Source of the DNA: Candidatus Omnitrophica bacterium UBA6215
GTDB taxonomy: Bacteria > Omnitrophota > Gorgyraeia > Pluralincolimonadales > Pluralincolimonadaceae
Direction: 5' to 3'
Length of the DNA stretch: 64,000 bases
Assembly: GCA_002421665.1 (NCBI GenBank)
Contig: DISH01000007.1
Location: forward strand, 81,278 to 145,277
Shown: positions 8,159-17,553 of the stretch, in pieces
Numbering within the stretch: the stretch's first letter is position 1
Layout: each line of letters begins with the position of its first letter
Made by a program: the position numbers and the translations under genes
The notes under the pieces: model-generated
What the model saw: only the letters and a program-made list of their open reading frames with translations
The model's database searches: none
Told to the model about the DNA's origin: nothing

Positions 8159-9121
8159 TTTTTCCAAATCTTTAATTAATTTTGAATCAACTTTTGTTCC
8201 AAGCTCTTCCGCTTTATGAATATCCATCAAGGTTTTTTCATAGTTCTTAATTTGAAAATATGCGGATGCGCGGTTGGCATATACAGAGCCATACTTAGAA
8301 TTGAAGTTAATGGAATTGGTAAAATCAGAGATAGCTTGATTATAATCTCCTGTACGAGCATAGGCCAAGCCACGATTATTATAGGCAAGATAAAAATCGG
8401 GTTTTAATTCAATGGCTTTATTATAATCCAAAATTGCTCTAATAAAATCATTCCTATAATAATAAACAATACCGCGGTTATCATATGCTTCAGCGCATAG
8501 CGGATCAAGTTCAATTGTCTTTGTGTAGTCTCGCAATGCAAAATCGTAATCTTGTTTGAAATAATAAACGAGACCGCGGTTATAGTAGGCTTTGGCGTAT
8601 TTAGGATCGACTTCTATAGCTTTAGTAAAGTCTAAAATAGCTTTATCAAATTCATGCTTATCATAATAAATAAACCCGCGGTTATAGTAGGCTTTGGCGT
8701 ATTTAGGATCGACCTCTATAGCTTTAGTAAAGTCTAAAATAGCCTGATCATAATTATGCTTTATGTTATATGCAATGCCTCGATTATTATACGCATCGGC
8801 ACATTTTGGATTAATCTCAATAGCTATTGTAAAATCAGATATCGCCTGATTTAAATCTCCGATTTTGCGATAAGAAATTCCGCGGTTATTATATGCACCG
8901 TAATATTTAGGATCTATATCGATAGCTCTATTATAATCTAAAATGGCATTTTCAAAATCGCCTTTTCTGCGAAATGCGCCGCCTCGGTTATAAAATATCT
9001 TGGGGTTGGCAGGACTATCCTTTATCGCTTCTGTAAAATAATTTATAGCCTGATCATAATTTTTCTGATCAAGATATTCAAGGCCTTTTTCATAATTATT
9101 TTGGAATTTGCTATTAATCAT
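8141..9121 (-). CDS. TPR-repeat protein (at the immunity position of cassette 9136-9950)
   Basis: Nine or more 34-aa TPR units (AYYNRG...DYNKAIEL). Confidence 0.7.
   Translation of the reverse strand: MINSKFQNNYEKGLEYLDQKNYDQAINYFTEAIKDSPANPKIFYNRGGAFRRKGDFENAILDYNRAIDIDPKYYGAYNNRGISYRKIGDLNQAISDFTIAIEINPKCADAYNNRGIAYNIKHNYDQAILDFTKAIEVDPKYAKAYYNRGFIYYDKHEFDKAILDFTKAIEVDPKYAKAYYNRGLVYYFKQDYDFALRDYTKTIELDPLCAEAYDNRGIVYYYRNDFIRAILDYNKAIELKPDFYLAYNNRGLAYARTGDYNQAISDFTNSINFNSKYGSVYANRASAYFQIKNYEKTLMDIHKAEELGTKVDSKLIKDLEKYSEEG
8575..8750 (-). repeat. Intragenic tandem duplication (~100-nt period) inside the TPR gene
   Basis: gcggttatagtaggctttggcgtatttaggatcgac(t/c)tctatagctttagtaaagtctaaaatagc occurs twice, encoding duplicated KAIEVDPKYAKAYYNRG units. 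Confidence 0.5.
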
Positions 9122-9135
9122 ATTGCATTCTCCTT

Positions 9136-9950
9136 TTAATACGCATAAATTGGGATTCCCCCGCCAAATATCGGAGAGCCTCCGCCGCCAGGAAATGAGG
9201 AATTATTTGATTTTGGAAACGAATTTCCTATTTCTTCTAAAACACTATTTATTGCATTCACAACTGTCCCCCACACATTACTACTATAATCCGGCCTATC
9301 CTCTGCTGTAGGAGCTTCATCTTGTCCAAAAACTCCGTTTGGATACGGGCTACCGGGTGCCGGGATTGGAGAAGGAGGAAGCGGGTTCTGGTCCGGAGAA
9401 ACAGGTTTCGGACTTTCCTTTTGCTGATTTTTACTATTTTGTTTTGCAATATTCGCATCTTGCTGGGGATATTGAGAAGCTTCATATATACCAGAGGTCT
9501 CCGATTCTCCATTTACAATACCTTCAATAGCATCTATCATCTGCTGTATAGAATTTTCGCCTTCTTCCCTGCACATCCCCCACGGATCCACCCAGTTGAC
9601 GGGGTTGTTTTGGCAGTAGGAGTAGATGTTGGGGCCTGGTAGCTGGCCTAAGGGGTCGGGCTGCAGGAAACGGCCTGTTTCGGGGTTGTAGTCCCTGTAG
9701 CGGTAGTAATAGAGGCCTGTTAGCTCTTCCTTGGGGCGGCCCGTGAAGCCGTAGGGCTGGTCTATTAGCTTATCAAGGAGCAGGAACTGCTTTGAGCGGC
9801 TCGATACATGACGCTCTCCGAAGGCGGTGTATTCGTAGGCCTGGATGGGCTTTGAGTCGCTTCCTGTAAGGCCTCTTATACTGCCCTGGATGTCCTGGTA
9901 GTAGTATACAACAGGAGAGGCCTTGCGGGAAAGGATTTCATCGAGGCGGG
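9136..9950 (-). CDS. Orphan Rhs-CT cassette: 378-nt duplicated core (…DPLGQ…DPWGM) + ~146-aa Gln/Pro/Gly-rich toxin domain
   Basis: The core is near-identical to the main rhs gene and there is no start codon upstream of DPWGM. The ORF track shows only the part from the internal Met (9136-9591). Confidence 0.7.
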
Positions 9951-9962
9951 GGCCTAAAATGG

Positions 9963-11081
9963 TTAATTATTCGTTTCTTTCTCAAGTCTTTCAAGTTCTT
10001 TCCCGTAAACATCCTTAAATACACCCTTATAATTATCTTCGCTGATTTTTGAATATAACAACTTATACTTATCGATAGAATACCTATTTATTAAGTAATC
10101 ATAAAACAACAACAACTCCGCTTTTGCAACAGGATTATCCATATATAATGCCAAATTACTAAATATGTGCGATATTCCAATATGTTTGCCGGATCTTGCA
10201 ACGCAATCTTTTGCGTCTATAAGAGTTTTATTGTATTTCCACGTCATTTTAGATTCAATATAATCCGTAAATGTTTCGTTTAACAAAATTGGCGGATTTC
10301 CAATCTTTGAGGTTAAAATATGAGCAAGCTCGTGGGGATTATAGGAGAAATATGTTACTATCTTGTTTTTATCAGGATAAGCAACTCCAGCTGGCAACTC
10401 ATCATTAACTGAATATTTCGTAAACATGCAAAATTCTATTGCGGAAGTCACAATATAATAATCCACTTTACTATTAATAGTTATATTCAAATATTTACTT
10501 CCATATTCGAATTCTTTTTCAAGGATTTCAAATATCTTTTTATCATTTCCAAGAAATTTATATCTGGCTATTTTATCCTTATTTTGCGCGCCTTCAGATA
10601 CATCTGCAAATCTTTCTTTTTCATAATAAAATACTATTCTTCTTCCTTCGTAAGATTCCCACATTTTTGAATTTTTTATAACATACTCATCGTCAGTTAT
10701 AAGATATTTTCCATTATCATTAATGAACGGAATGGACATGATATATTCTTTCCCGCTGGGACGCAAACTTGCCTTAACTTGCAGTACAAAATAATCTCCT
10801 CTATTGCTTTCGCTTATAACAGTGAAATTTGAGGTTCTATACATAACGCTAATATCGTCAAACGCATTCCCTAAATACAACTTATAAATCCTGGATGATG
10901 GTAATATGCATTTGGAGACAATATCGCGATCTTTATTCTCCATGGCATGTACATAAGTTAGCCATGTTTCCGATGGAGTACCCAATTCAATCGCTCTATC
11001 ATGTCTACTCTGATGCTCAAACGCATTCAACACAATATAAATAGCGGCGAATATCAATAATACTGATAATATTTTTTTCAT
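9963..11081 (-). CDS. Secreted hypothetical protein with HExxH motif (HELAH), possible zinc-metallopeptidase-like; at the immunity position of cassette 11078-11572
   Basis: N-terminal signal/TM. An HELAH motif with a downstream Glu (LLNETF), A+T-rich. Its stop overlaps the upstream cassette start. Confidence 0.5.
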   Translation of the reverse strand: MKKILSVLLIFAAIYIVLNAFEHQSRHDRAIELGTPSETWLTYVHAMENKDRDIVSKCILPSSRIYKLYLGNAFDDISVMYRTSNFTVISESNRGDYFVLQVKASLRPSGKEYIMSIPFINDNGKYLITDDEYVIKNSKMWESYEGRRIVFYYEKERFADVSEGAQNKDKIARYKFLGNDKKIFEILEKEFEYGSKYLNITINSKVDYYIVTSAIEFCMFTKYSVNDELPAGVAYPDKNKIVTYFSYNPHELAHILTSKIGNPPILLNETFTDYIESKMTWKYNKTLIDAKDCVARSGKHIGISHIFSNLALYMDNPVAKAELLLFYDYLINRYSIDKYKLLYSKISEDNYKGVFKDVYGKELERLEKETNN

Positions 11082-11572
11082 TGCGATTTTACTCTATTGT
11101 TTTTTGTATCGTTCGTTTTCTCCCCATATGGAGTCTTATCATCATAGTTCCTTATTCCATCATTATCTGCATCATCATCGTATGGATTCACAATACCATC
11201 TCCATCCGTGTCAATAGGAACGGGTTCATTCGTCCAAGGATTTAAACCCCCGCTGTTATACTTTCTCCATATCTCATCAATGCCTCCTTCTCCTTCAATC
11301 CATTCTGGGTCATAGTTATTTTCTATATAGTTTTTTACATTCTTCTCGTATTGATTATCTGCCGGTCCTTGGCTTCCAACCTGCTGGTTTTGAAATGCTT
11401 CATACATGTCATTTAAACCAAATAACCCCCACGGATCCACCCAGTTGACGGGGTTGTTTTGGCAATAGGAGTAGATATTGGGCCCCGGTAGCTGGCCCAA
11501 GGGGTCTGGCTGGAGGAAGCGGCCTGTTTGGGGGTTGTAGTCCCTGTAGCGGTAGTAATAGAGGCCTGTCAT
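11078..11572 (-). CDS. Orphan Rhs-CT cassette with short core (LTGLYYYRYRDY…DPWGL) + Asp-rich CT (DTDGDGIVNPYDDDADNDG, Ca-binding-like)
   Basis: RHS core motif followed by DPWGL. The 5' end is fused directly to the stop of the previous immunity gene. Confidence 0.6.
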   Translation of the reverse strand: MTGLYYYRYRDYNPQTGRFLQPDPLGQLPGPNIYSYCQNNPVNWVDPWGLFGLNDMYEAFQNQQVGSQGPADNQYEKNVKNYIENNYDPEWIEGEGGIDEIWRKYNSGGLNPWTNEPVPIDTDGDGIVNPYDDDADNDGIRNYDDKTPYGEKTNDTKNNRVKSQ

Positions 11573-12222
11573 TCCTCATAAACGACTGGTGAATATTTTA
11601 GTGAGCTATCGATTAACGGCTTAGGCAAAGGTTTAAGACCTCTCTCATTACTTTTTCTGTTCCAACTAACATATAGATTTCGCGAAGCATACCAGTCATT
11701 AAATATTCTTAAAAACGGCTTGTTCTTATTTAGCAACTCGTTATCAACAAGGTTAGGGTCTTTTCCTTTTAAGGAAAAAACCGCACCTGGACTTGGAAAT
11801 CTAAGAAATTTTTTTATAGAGTAAAACAACACAAAATCGCCGGATTTTTCGGCCTTAAAACAACTGATCAATTGAAGTTTTTTGCCTAATTCTGCTATTT
11901 TATATTTTTCTTTCTCGTAAAATACGGGATAGCGCTCCTTTAACTTATTTGCAAAATACATGTTTTCGAGCATACTAAAATCTTCCCCGTTTATCTTAAC
12001 GTGGTTATGCGCAAATAGAACAATATCTTTATATTGAGGATATGAATTAAACAATCCAATGCACTCATTATATATAACAATCTTGTTACTGGTAAGCGTA
12101 TTCGATGAATAGACGTGCTTCATTACAGAATCAATAACCATTAATATTATGGGACTTGCTATAATAATTATGGTTAAAACTATTATTTTAACAACATCAC
12201 CTTTATGATTTTGAGTATCCAT
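11569..12222 (-). CDS. Putative immunity protein (N-terminal TM, 217 aa) for cassette 12227-12712
   Basis: Position, A+T-rich composition and N-terminal TM helix. Confidence 0.5.
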   Translation of the reverse strand: MDTQNHKGDVVKIIVLTIIIIASPIILMVIDSVMKHVYSSNTLTSNKIVIYNECIGLFNSYPQYKDIVLFAHNHVKINGEDFSMLENMYFANKLKERYPVFYEKEKYKIAELGKKLQLISCFKAEKSGDFVLFYSIKKFLRFPSPGAVFSLKGKDPNLVDNELLNKNKPFLRIFNDWYASRNLYVSWNRKSNERGLKPLPKPLIDSSLKYSPVVYEE

Positions 12223-12226
12223 TGTT

Positions 12227-12712
12227 CTATTCCTTTTTCTTTGCAGCGTTTTTCTGCTCCCTTAAATCCTCGAGAGCATCATTTGAACCATCATATATCA
12301 TGTCCCTGCTTATTGGATCATCAAAAAAATATTCCGGCCATTCACAATTAATTAATTCATTTACCGCATTGCCAATGGCATAATATTCTCCGCCAGCAAT
12401 AGTACCCAAATATCCAAATACACCATAATTATATACAGTTGCGTAGCTTGTAACATAATTCCCGAATTCCCCAGCACTTAGCTGCTGGCCATTAACTACA
12501 AAAGTTGAATCTGGTTCTGTTGAAGCAAAATCATATTCCGCATTGCCACTACCGCCAAAGCACTCGAAAGTTTTTGTAAAATAATCTATTATGCTGGTCC
12601 CTGAATCTCTTACTGCATTATTAATTATTTCGGTTGTTTCTTTCTCATTATAATCTTTTAACCCCCACGGAACAACCCAGTTGACGGGGTTGTTCCGGCA
12701 GTAGGAGTAGGA
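12227..12712 (-). CDS. Orphan Rhs-CT cassette lacking a start codon: 13 codons of core (SYSYCRNNPVNWVVPWGL) + ~150-aa CT
   Basis: Manual minus-strand translation is open from the TGA at ~12715 to the stop at 12227. DPxGL is replaced by VPWGL. The ORF track shows only the last 60 aa. Confidence 0.55.
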   Translation of the reverse strand, partial: SYSYCRNNPVNWVVPWGLKDYNEKETTEIINNAVRDSGTSIIDYFTKTFECFGGSGNAEYDFASTEPDSTFVVNGQQLSAGEFGNYVTSYATVYNYGVFGYLGTIAGGEYYAIGNAVNELINCEWPEYFFDDPISRDMIYDGSNDALEDLREQKNAAKKKE

Positions 12713-12760
12713 ACTGCTTCAAGCAGCTTGAGACCTGCCGCTATCCGAAGATGGTGTATC

Positions 12761-13399
12761 CTACTTCCTTCGACTTACTGCGATTGCAATAACAACTAGT
12801 ACAACGATTAGTATATCCGTTATGCCCCCTACAGCAGCAGGGTTCATCTTAACACTCAAATACTTATTTAAAACAAAAGTCAACCCTATAATTAACGATA
12901 TTACAACTACAGTAATAGAAATAAACAAGAATAATCCTTTTATCATCATCGCTTTGTTGAGTTTAACATATTTCTCTGATTTCCTGTTCTTTTTAGATAA
13001 AACCATAAGCGATATCAAAGCAAGAATTACCGCCTGTGATATAATTCCTATTTTATCGTTGATCAGCAGAAAATATTCTTTTATTCCCGTTTGTCTCATT
13101 GTATATATGACAATGCATAACAAGACCGTCACTATTATTGTTATAAATATTGTGGTGGCATATTTAAATTTCATGGATCTATATTTTTTTACCATAAATG
13201 ACATTATGAGAATTATGCTTATAGCAAGCAAGACAGGAGCAACGTATAAAGCGACTTTATTTACTATTCTTAATGAGTATCCGATAATCGTAAATATAAA
13301 TAAACAAATGAAAAATGTTCCTATGGCAATATGCCATTTCTCTTCTGTTGTCATATTACCATCTCCTATTTTTCGTTTAATGATATTTTTTAACGCCAT
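12761..13399 (-). CDS. Putative immunity protein, polytopic membrane protein (~6 TM)
   Basis: Multi-TM ORF immediately downstream of toxin tip 13401-13850. Start chosen at the Met that abuts the toxin stop. Confidence 0.55.
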   Translation of the reverse strand: MALKNIIKRKIGDGNMTTEEKWHIAIGTFFICLFIFTIIGYSLRIVNKVALYVAPVLLAISIILIMSFMVKKYRSMKFKYATTIFITIIVTVLLCIVIYTMRQTGIKEYFLLINDKIGIISQAVILALISLMVLSKKNRKSEKYVKLNKAMMIKGLFLFISITVVVISLIIGLTFVLNKYLSVKMNPAAVGGITDILIVVLVVIAIAVSRRK

Positions 13400-13400
13400 T

Positions 13401-14208
13401 TCATTGCTTTTTATTGTATATACCTTCTGAGGCATTATTAGCTAAATCGTGGATAAAGGACTGATATAGCTCATAAATATCTAAGGAGGTTGAGGCAAGA
13501 TCGATTAGATCATTTGTAGTATCTGCGGAAGGCATACTCATATCAACAATATTACCCAGTGTTTCGCTTCCTGATACTGTTTCAGCAACAATGCCTGGCA
13601 TCGTATCGCTCTCTGGCATTACCTGATCTCCAGAGTTTAAAAGACCTTCGAGAAAATTCGTAAAACCTATACTTACTGTTCCAACTCCAACATAAACACC
13701 TACAGCCGACGCTGGAGTCGAACTTCCAAAACTTGATAATTCTCCACCAACACTAAATAGAACAAGCGCAGTGCCACCCGCCATCTGTGCAATGCCCTTC
13801 AACGTTTGCCCTGCTTGATCCGCGATATTTCTCATCCCCCACGGATCCACCCAGTTGACGGGGTTGTTCCGGCAGTAGGAGTAGATATTAGGCCCTGGTA
13901 GCTGGCCTAAGGGGTCGGGCTGGAGGAAACGGCCTGTTTGGGGGTTGTAGTCCCTGTAGCGGTAGTAATAGAGGCCTGTTAGCTCTTCCTTGGGGCGGCC
14001 CGTGAAGCCGTAGGGCTGGTCTATTAGCTTATCAAGGAGCAGGAACTGCTTTGAGCGGCTCGATACATGACGCTCTCCGAAGGCGGTGTATTCGTAGGCC
14101 TGGATGGGCTTTGAGTCGCTTCCTGTAAGGCCTCTTATACTGCCCTGGATGTCCTGGTAGTAGTATACAACAGGAGAGGCCTTGCGGGAAAGGATTTCAT
14201 CGAGGCGG
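13401..14208 (-). CDS. Orphan Rhs-CT cassette: 378-nt core + ~143-aa Gly/Ala-rich hydrophobic CT (glycine-zipper-like, membrane-active candidate)
   Basis: Core identical to the other copies. The CT is AGQTLKGIAQMAGGTALVLFSVGGELSSFGSSTPASAVGVYVGVGTVSIGF... Confidence 0.7.
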
Positions 14209-14213
14209 GAGGA

Positions 14214-14591
14214 TTATTTTTTGTACTTTAATAACATTCTATCCACACATATTACAACAAGATAAGCAATGATAGGAATTATTACAAACACACATACAAC
14301 GCATGTTTCGCTTGATCTGAATATTGCAGAATATGCACTTTCAAGAATTAGTAATGCCGTTGAATATAACAATCCTAATAAGAATCTATTAATAGTATAT
14401 TTAAATCTAAATACTAACGATGCCATTGACAAAACATAATATGTAAGGACACAAAACAACGAATTAACCAGTAAATATATATGCAAATCATAGAGTTCCG
14501 GAACATAGCAATTTTTTAAATAAAACACATATGTTACGGTGAGGGATCCCGCAATAAGTCCTAATAGAGATGATATTAATTGTTTGATCAT
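14214..14591 (-). CDS. Putative immunity protein, 4-TM membrane protein (125 aa)
   Basis: Position and hydrophobicity. Confidence 0.55.
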   Translation of the reverse strand: MIKQLISSLLGLIAGSLTVTYVFYLKNCYVPELYDLHIYLLVNSLFCVLTYYVLSMASLVFRFKYTINRFLLGLLYSTALLILESAYSAIFRSSETCVVCVFVIIPIIAYLVVICVDRMLLKYKK

Positions 14592-14592
14592 T

Positions 14593-15062
14593 TTAATTAC
14601 ATTTTCCCTTATTTATCTCATTCTTTAATTTAACGTATTCTTCAATCATTTTCCATATAAACTCTTGACAGTCAAATTTACGCTCATCATCAAATACGGG
14701 ATGATGATACCTTTGCCCTGAATCATATTCGTTTTCCCACGCTTCACGGGCATTTATCTCTGCTTGTCTCATAAGATCATCATCATCTCCCTTCATGATA
14801 TAATCATCATCGTATTCAATACCCGAATAATCTGCCCCTATATTAGGTTCGCTTGGATTATCTTTATCATCTCCTAAATAACCTACATTCTCGTTGTTAT
14901 CATAGAACATTTGCCAATGTTGTCCCATGTTGGGATTTTCTTGATAAAGCCAGTTTTCGCCTAACCCGCTCAATATTTGACTCTCTAATCTTCTTGTTCT
15001 GATAACCCACATCCCCCACGGATCCACCCAGTTGACGGGGTTGTTTTGGCAGTAGGAGTAGA
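14593..15062 (-). CDS. Orphan Rhs-CT cassette with ~50-nt core remnant (IYSYCQNNPVNWVDPWGM) + ~138-aa acidic CT
   Basis: Core remnant 15010-15062, with an in-frame stop just upstream and no in-frame start before DPWGM. Confidence 0.55.
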
Positions 15063-15078
15063 TGCGGGATAGCCATAT

Positions 15079-15450
15079 TTATCTATCATTCTGAGCTTTA
15101 TAGGAATATACAAATCCTGATACAATTATAATACCAAATATGGCATTAAACGGAAATTTCCACCAAACAAGAACACTAAATATCACGAATGTGCAAGCCA
15201 TCGCATATTCATACATTCCGGCTTTGAGACATTTGATTTTTTTCTTTAACAAGGGTTTTATCCCTAAGCCTATTCCGACCCAACTAGCGTAGGCTATTAT
15301 GGCAGTAAATGATATTTTTGATCCGAATAAAGGCATGATTAGATAAACTGCGGTAAGAATAATTCCTAATGCCGCTATGCAGTTTGAAAGTAACGATGTT
15401 GCTTTGTATAATTCAGTTTTATTAATATTCTTAAAACCCCCTAATGACAT
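15079..15450 (-). CDS. Putative immunity protein, 4-TM membrane protein (123 aa)
   Basis: Position and hydrophobicity. Overlaps the stop of toxin tip 15441-15794. Confidence 0.55.
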   Translation of the reverse strand: MSLGGFKNINKTELYKATSLLSNCIAALGIILTAVYLIMPLFGSKISFTAIIAYASWVGIGLGIKPLLKKKIKCLKAGMYEYAMACTFVIFSVLVWWKFPFNAIFGIIIVSGFVYSYKAQNDR

Positions 15451-16092
15451 TCTGTACCCTCCTGTTGTAACCTGTCAATAGCGCTGCTTATCCTATTAAT
15501 GGCATCGGCTCCTGTAGATAAACTAACGGGACCTAGAGTTCCTGTCACTACCCACCCTTCCGGTCCGACAAGTAAACCTGCTCCTGCTGCTGCCCCCGTA
15601 GCAACAGACACTCCGGCTTCTATTCCTCCTACAACAGTATCCAGAACCGGTGCAACTATATTTGAATCAGGGAAACTCTCGGTAAAGGTTGGCAAATTGG
15701 GGAATGGATTTTCCCACATCCCCCACGGAGCCACCCAGTTGACGGGGTTGTTTTGGCAGTAGGAGTAGATATTAGGCCCTGGTAGCTGGCCCAAGGGGTC
15801 CGGCTGGAGGAAGCGGCCTGTTTGGGGGTTGTAGTCACGGTAGCGGTAGTAATAGAGGCCTGTCAGCTCTTCTTTGGGACGCCCCGTGAAGCCGTAGGGC
15901 TGGTCTATGAGCCTGTCAAGGAGCAGGAACTGCTTTGAGCGGCTCGATACATGCCGCTCTCCGAAGGCGGTGTATTCGTAGGCCTGGATGGGCTTTGAGT
16001 CGCTTCCTGTAAGGCCTCTTATACTGCCCTGGATGTCCTGGTAGTAGTATACAACAGGAGAAGCCCTGCGGGAAAGGATTTCATCGAGGCGG
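15441..16092 (-). CDS. Orphan Rhs-CT cassette: 376-nt core with DPxGL Asp->Ala (VAPWGM) + ~90-aa Gly-rich CT
   Basis: gctccg (Ala-Pro) replaces the gatccg (Asp-Pro) found in all other copies at ~15729-15731. The CT is GGIEAGVSVATGAAAGAGLLVGPEGWVVTG... Confidence 0.65.
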
Positions 16093-16101
16093 GGGCCTTG
16101 A

Positions 16102-16407
16102 CTATCTGTTAATATTATACGTATTGCCGCATTTCTTGCAGGTAACCTTGGCGTCTCTTGGGGAGGTTCGGTATATTTCGTATTCTCCGTTAAGAGGTTT
16201 TTTGCATATCGGGCAATTCCTCAAGGGATCTTTATACCAACCCCACCAATTTATAAAAATGATTATTGCGAATATGGTCACTGCGGCCAGCACTATGGCA
16301 AACATACCGATAGAATTAATCGAGTCCTTATTGGCTTGATAACGCTTGATAAATGCCACAACGGGAATAACCAACAATATTAATGTTAAGCCGTATTTGC
16401 CTTTCAT
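16102..16407 (-). CDS. Small membrane protein with C-terminal zinc-ribbon (CPICK…CKKCG)
   Basis: Two TM helices plus a CxxC…CxxC motif; A+T-rich. Confidence 0.5.
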   Translation of the reverse strand: MKGKYGLTLILLVIPVVAFIKRYQANKDSINSIGMFAIVLAAVTIFAIIIFINWWGWYKDPLRNCPICKKPLNGEYEIYRTSPRDAKVTCKKCGNTYNINR

Positions 16408-16420
16408 CTGAGCGTTCCTT

Positions 16421-16897
16421 TTATTTGAGCTTTTGCTCTCTCCAGCAATTATTTACGCTTTTACCTTCTACGATTATAGCATACAAACCTGTCCAATTTC
16501 CCTGCCACTTCCACCCTTTTTTTACCCCCGGCGAATTATCTTCAATATACTTAGCGGCAGATTCGGCGGATAACTCTTTTATGCAATGGGGGCAACGCGG
16601 AAAAGCATTATGCCTGTAACTACCTCCGCAATCGCATGGCATGATAAACTTTTCAAGATCTTCTGAGATTACATTATGCCTTGAATCATTATTAAATATG
16701 GCCTTTAGTGAGTCGGGTACCGCACTGGTATCAAATATCGCGGTCTTGCCGCATTTATCACAATATGCGTATGACGATTCATTAAATCCATTATGAACAA
16801 GCTTAAGATTAAACTCCAATAAGCAATTTTCGCATATTCCTTTATTAGTCATTATCATTTCCATTATGAGATTGGAGAATATTAAATCAATCGACAA
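16421..16897 (-). CDS. Cys-rich soluble protein with multiple CxxC zinc-ribbon motifs (158 aa)
   Basis: Motifs CENC, CDKCGK, CDCGG and CPHC. Confidence 0.5.
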   Translation of the reverse strand: MSIDLIFSNLIMEMIMTNKGICENCLLEFNLKLVHNGFNESSYAYCDKCGKTAIFDTSAVPDSLKAIFNNDSRHNVISEDLEKFIMPCDCGGSYRHNAFPRCPHCIKELSAESAAKYIEDNSPGVKKGWKWQGNWTGLYAIIVEGKSVNNCWREQKLK

Positions 16898-17465
16898 AAT
16901 AAAACCATTTCTGATTTTTTCTTTTGATATACCGAGATCTCTTATAAATATCAGAGTCTGACGATAACTGACCGTCTGAACGGTATATATATCCGGAGTG
17001 TTTTACAGGAAAACCGGCTCCTGTAAATAACTCTATGGTCAATACGCCTTCACTATCGCGCTTGCCAAATGCCACATATGCCAGTGTCTTATAATCATCG
17101 GGTAATTCAATCTTCTTCCTGCTCGTATCTATTTTTATTTCACCATAATCGATCATGCTTACTATCTTCTCGTACTTAGCTAGGTTCTTCTTAAATACAA
17201 TATCTTTGATCGCGGGTACGGCTATCACCATATATACAATGACAACCATATAAATTGTCAGAGGATAAAATGATTTCCATTTGCTTTCCTTCCAGCGCGT
17301 GAATAAAACTATGACACTGGCTATAAGCAAAACGAGGAACCCCATAATCATGAACGTTGTAACAAATTGCATTACCGGTGTTTGTTTAATTGAATACTTT
17401 GTATATATGGCAAGAAATATTAGCGAATAAACGAATACAATAACAGACGTTGTTCTATAGTTCAT
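16887..17465 (-). CDS. Membrane protein (3 TM + soluble C-terminal domain), hypothetical
   Basis: Hydrophobic N-terminal half; A+T-rich. Confidence 0.5.
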   Translation of the reverse strand: MNYRTTSVIVFVYSLIFLAIYTKYSIKQTPVMQFVTTFMIMGFLVLLIASVIVLFTRWKESKWKSFYPLTIYMVVIVYMVIAVPAIKDIVFKKNLAKYEKIVSMIDYGEIKIDTSRKKIELPDDYKTLAYVAFGKRDSEGVLTIELFTGAGFPVKHSGYIYRSDGQLSSDSDIYKRSRYIKRKNQKWFYFVD

Positions 17466-17553
17466 GTCCTGACCTTATATATGCTCTTATTGTCCAAGAT
17501 GCTTTTACACATAATATATCGCTAATTATTCGTATATATTCTCTGGGGTTTAT

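Noticed and set aside
9258-9642. ORFs 9258-9512 (-), 9322-9642 (+) and 9339-9530 (+) overlapping the toxin tip 9136-9591
   Set aside because: Alternative frames within an A+T-shifted toxin domain. Arg/Leu-rich with no support, and the cassette frame is continuous with the conserved RHS core.
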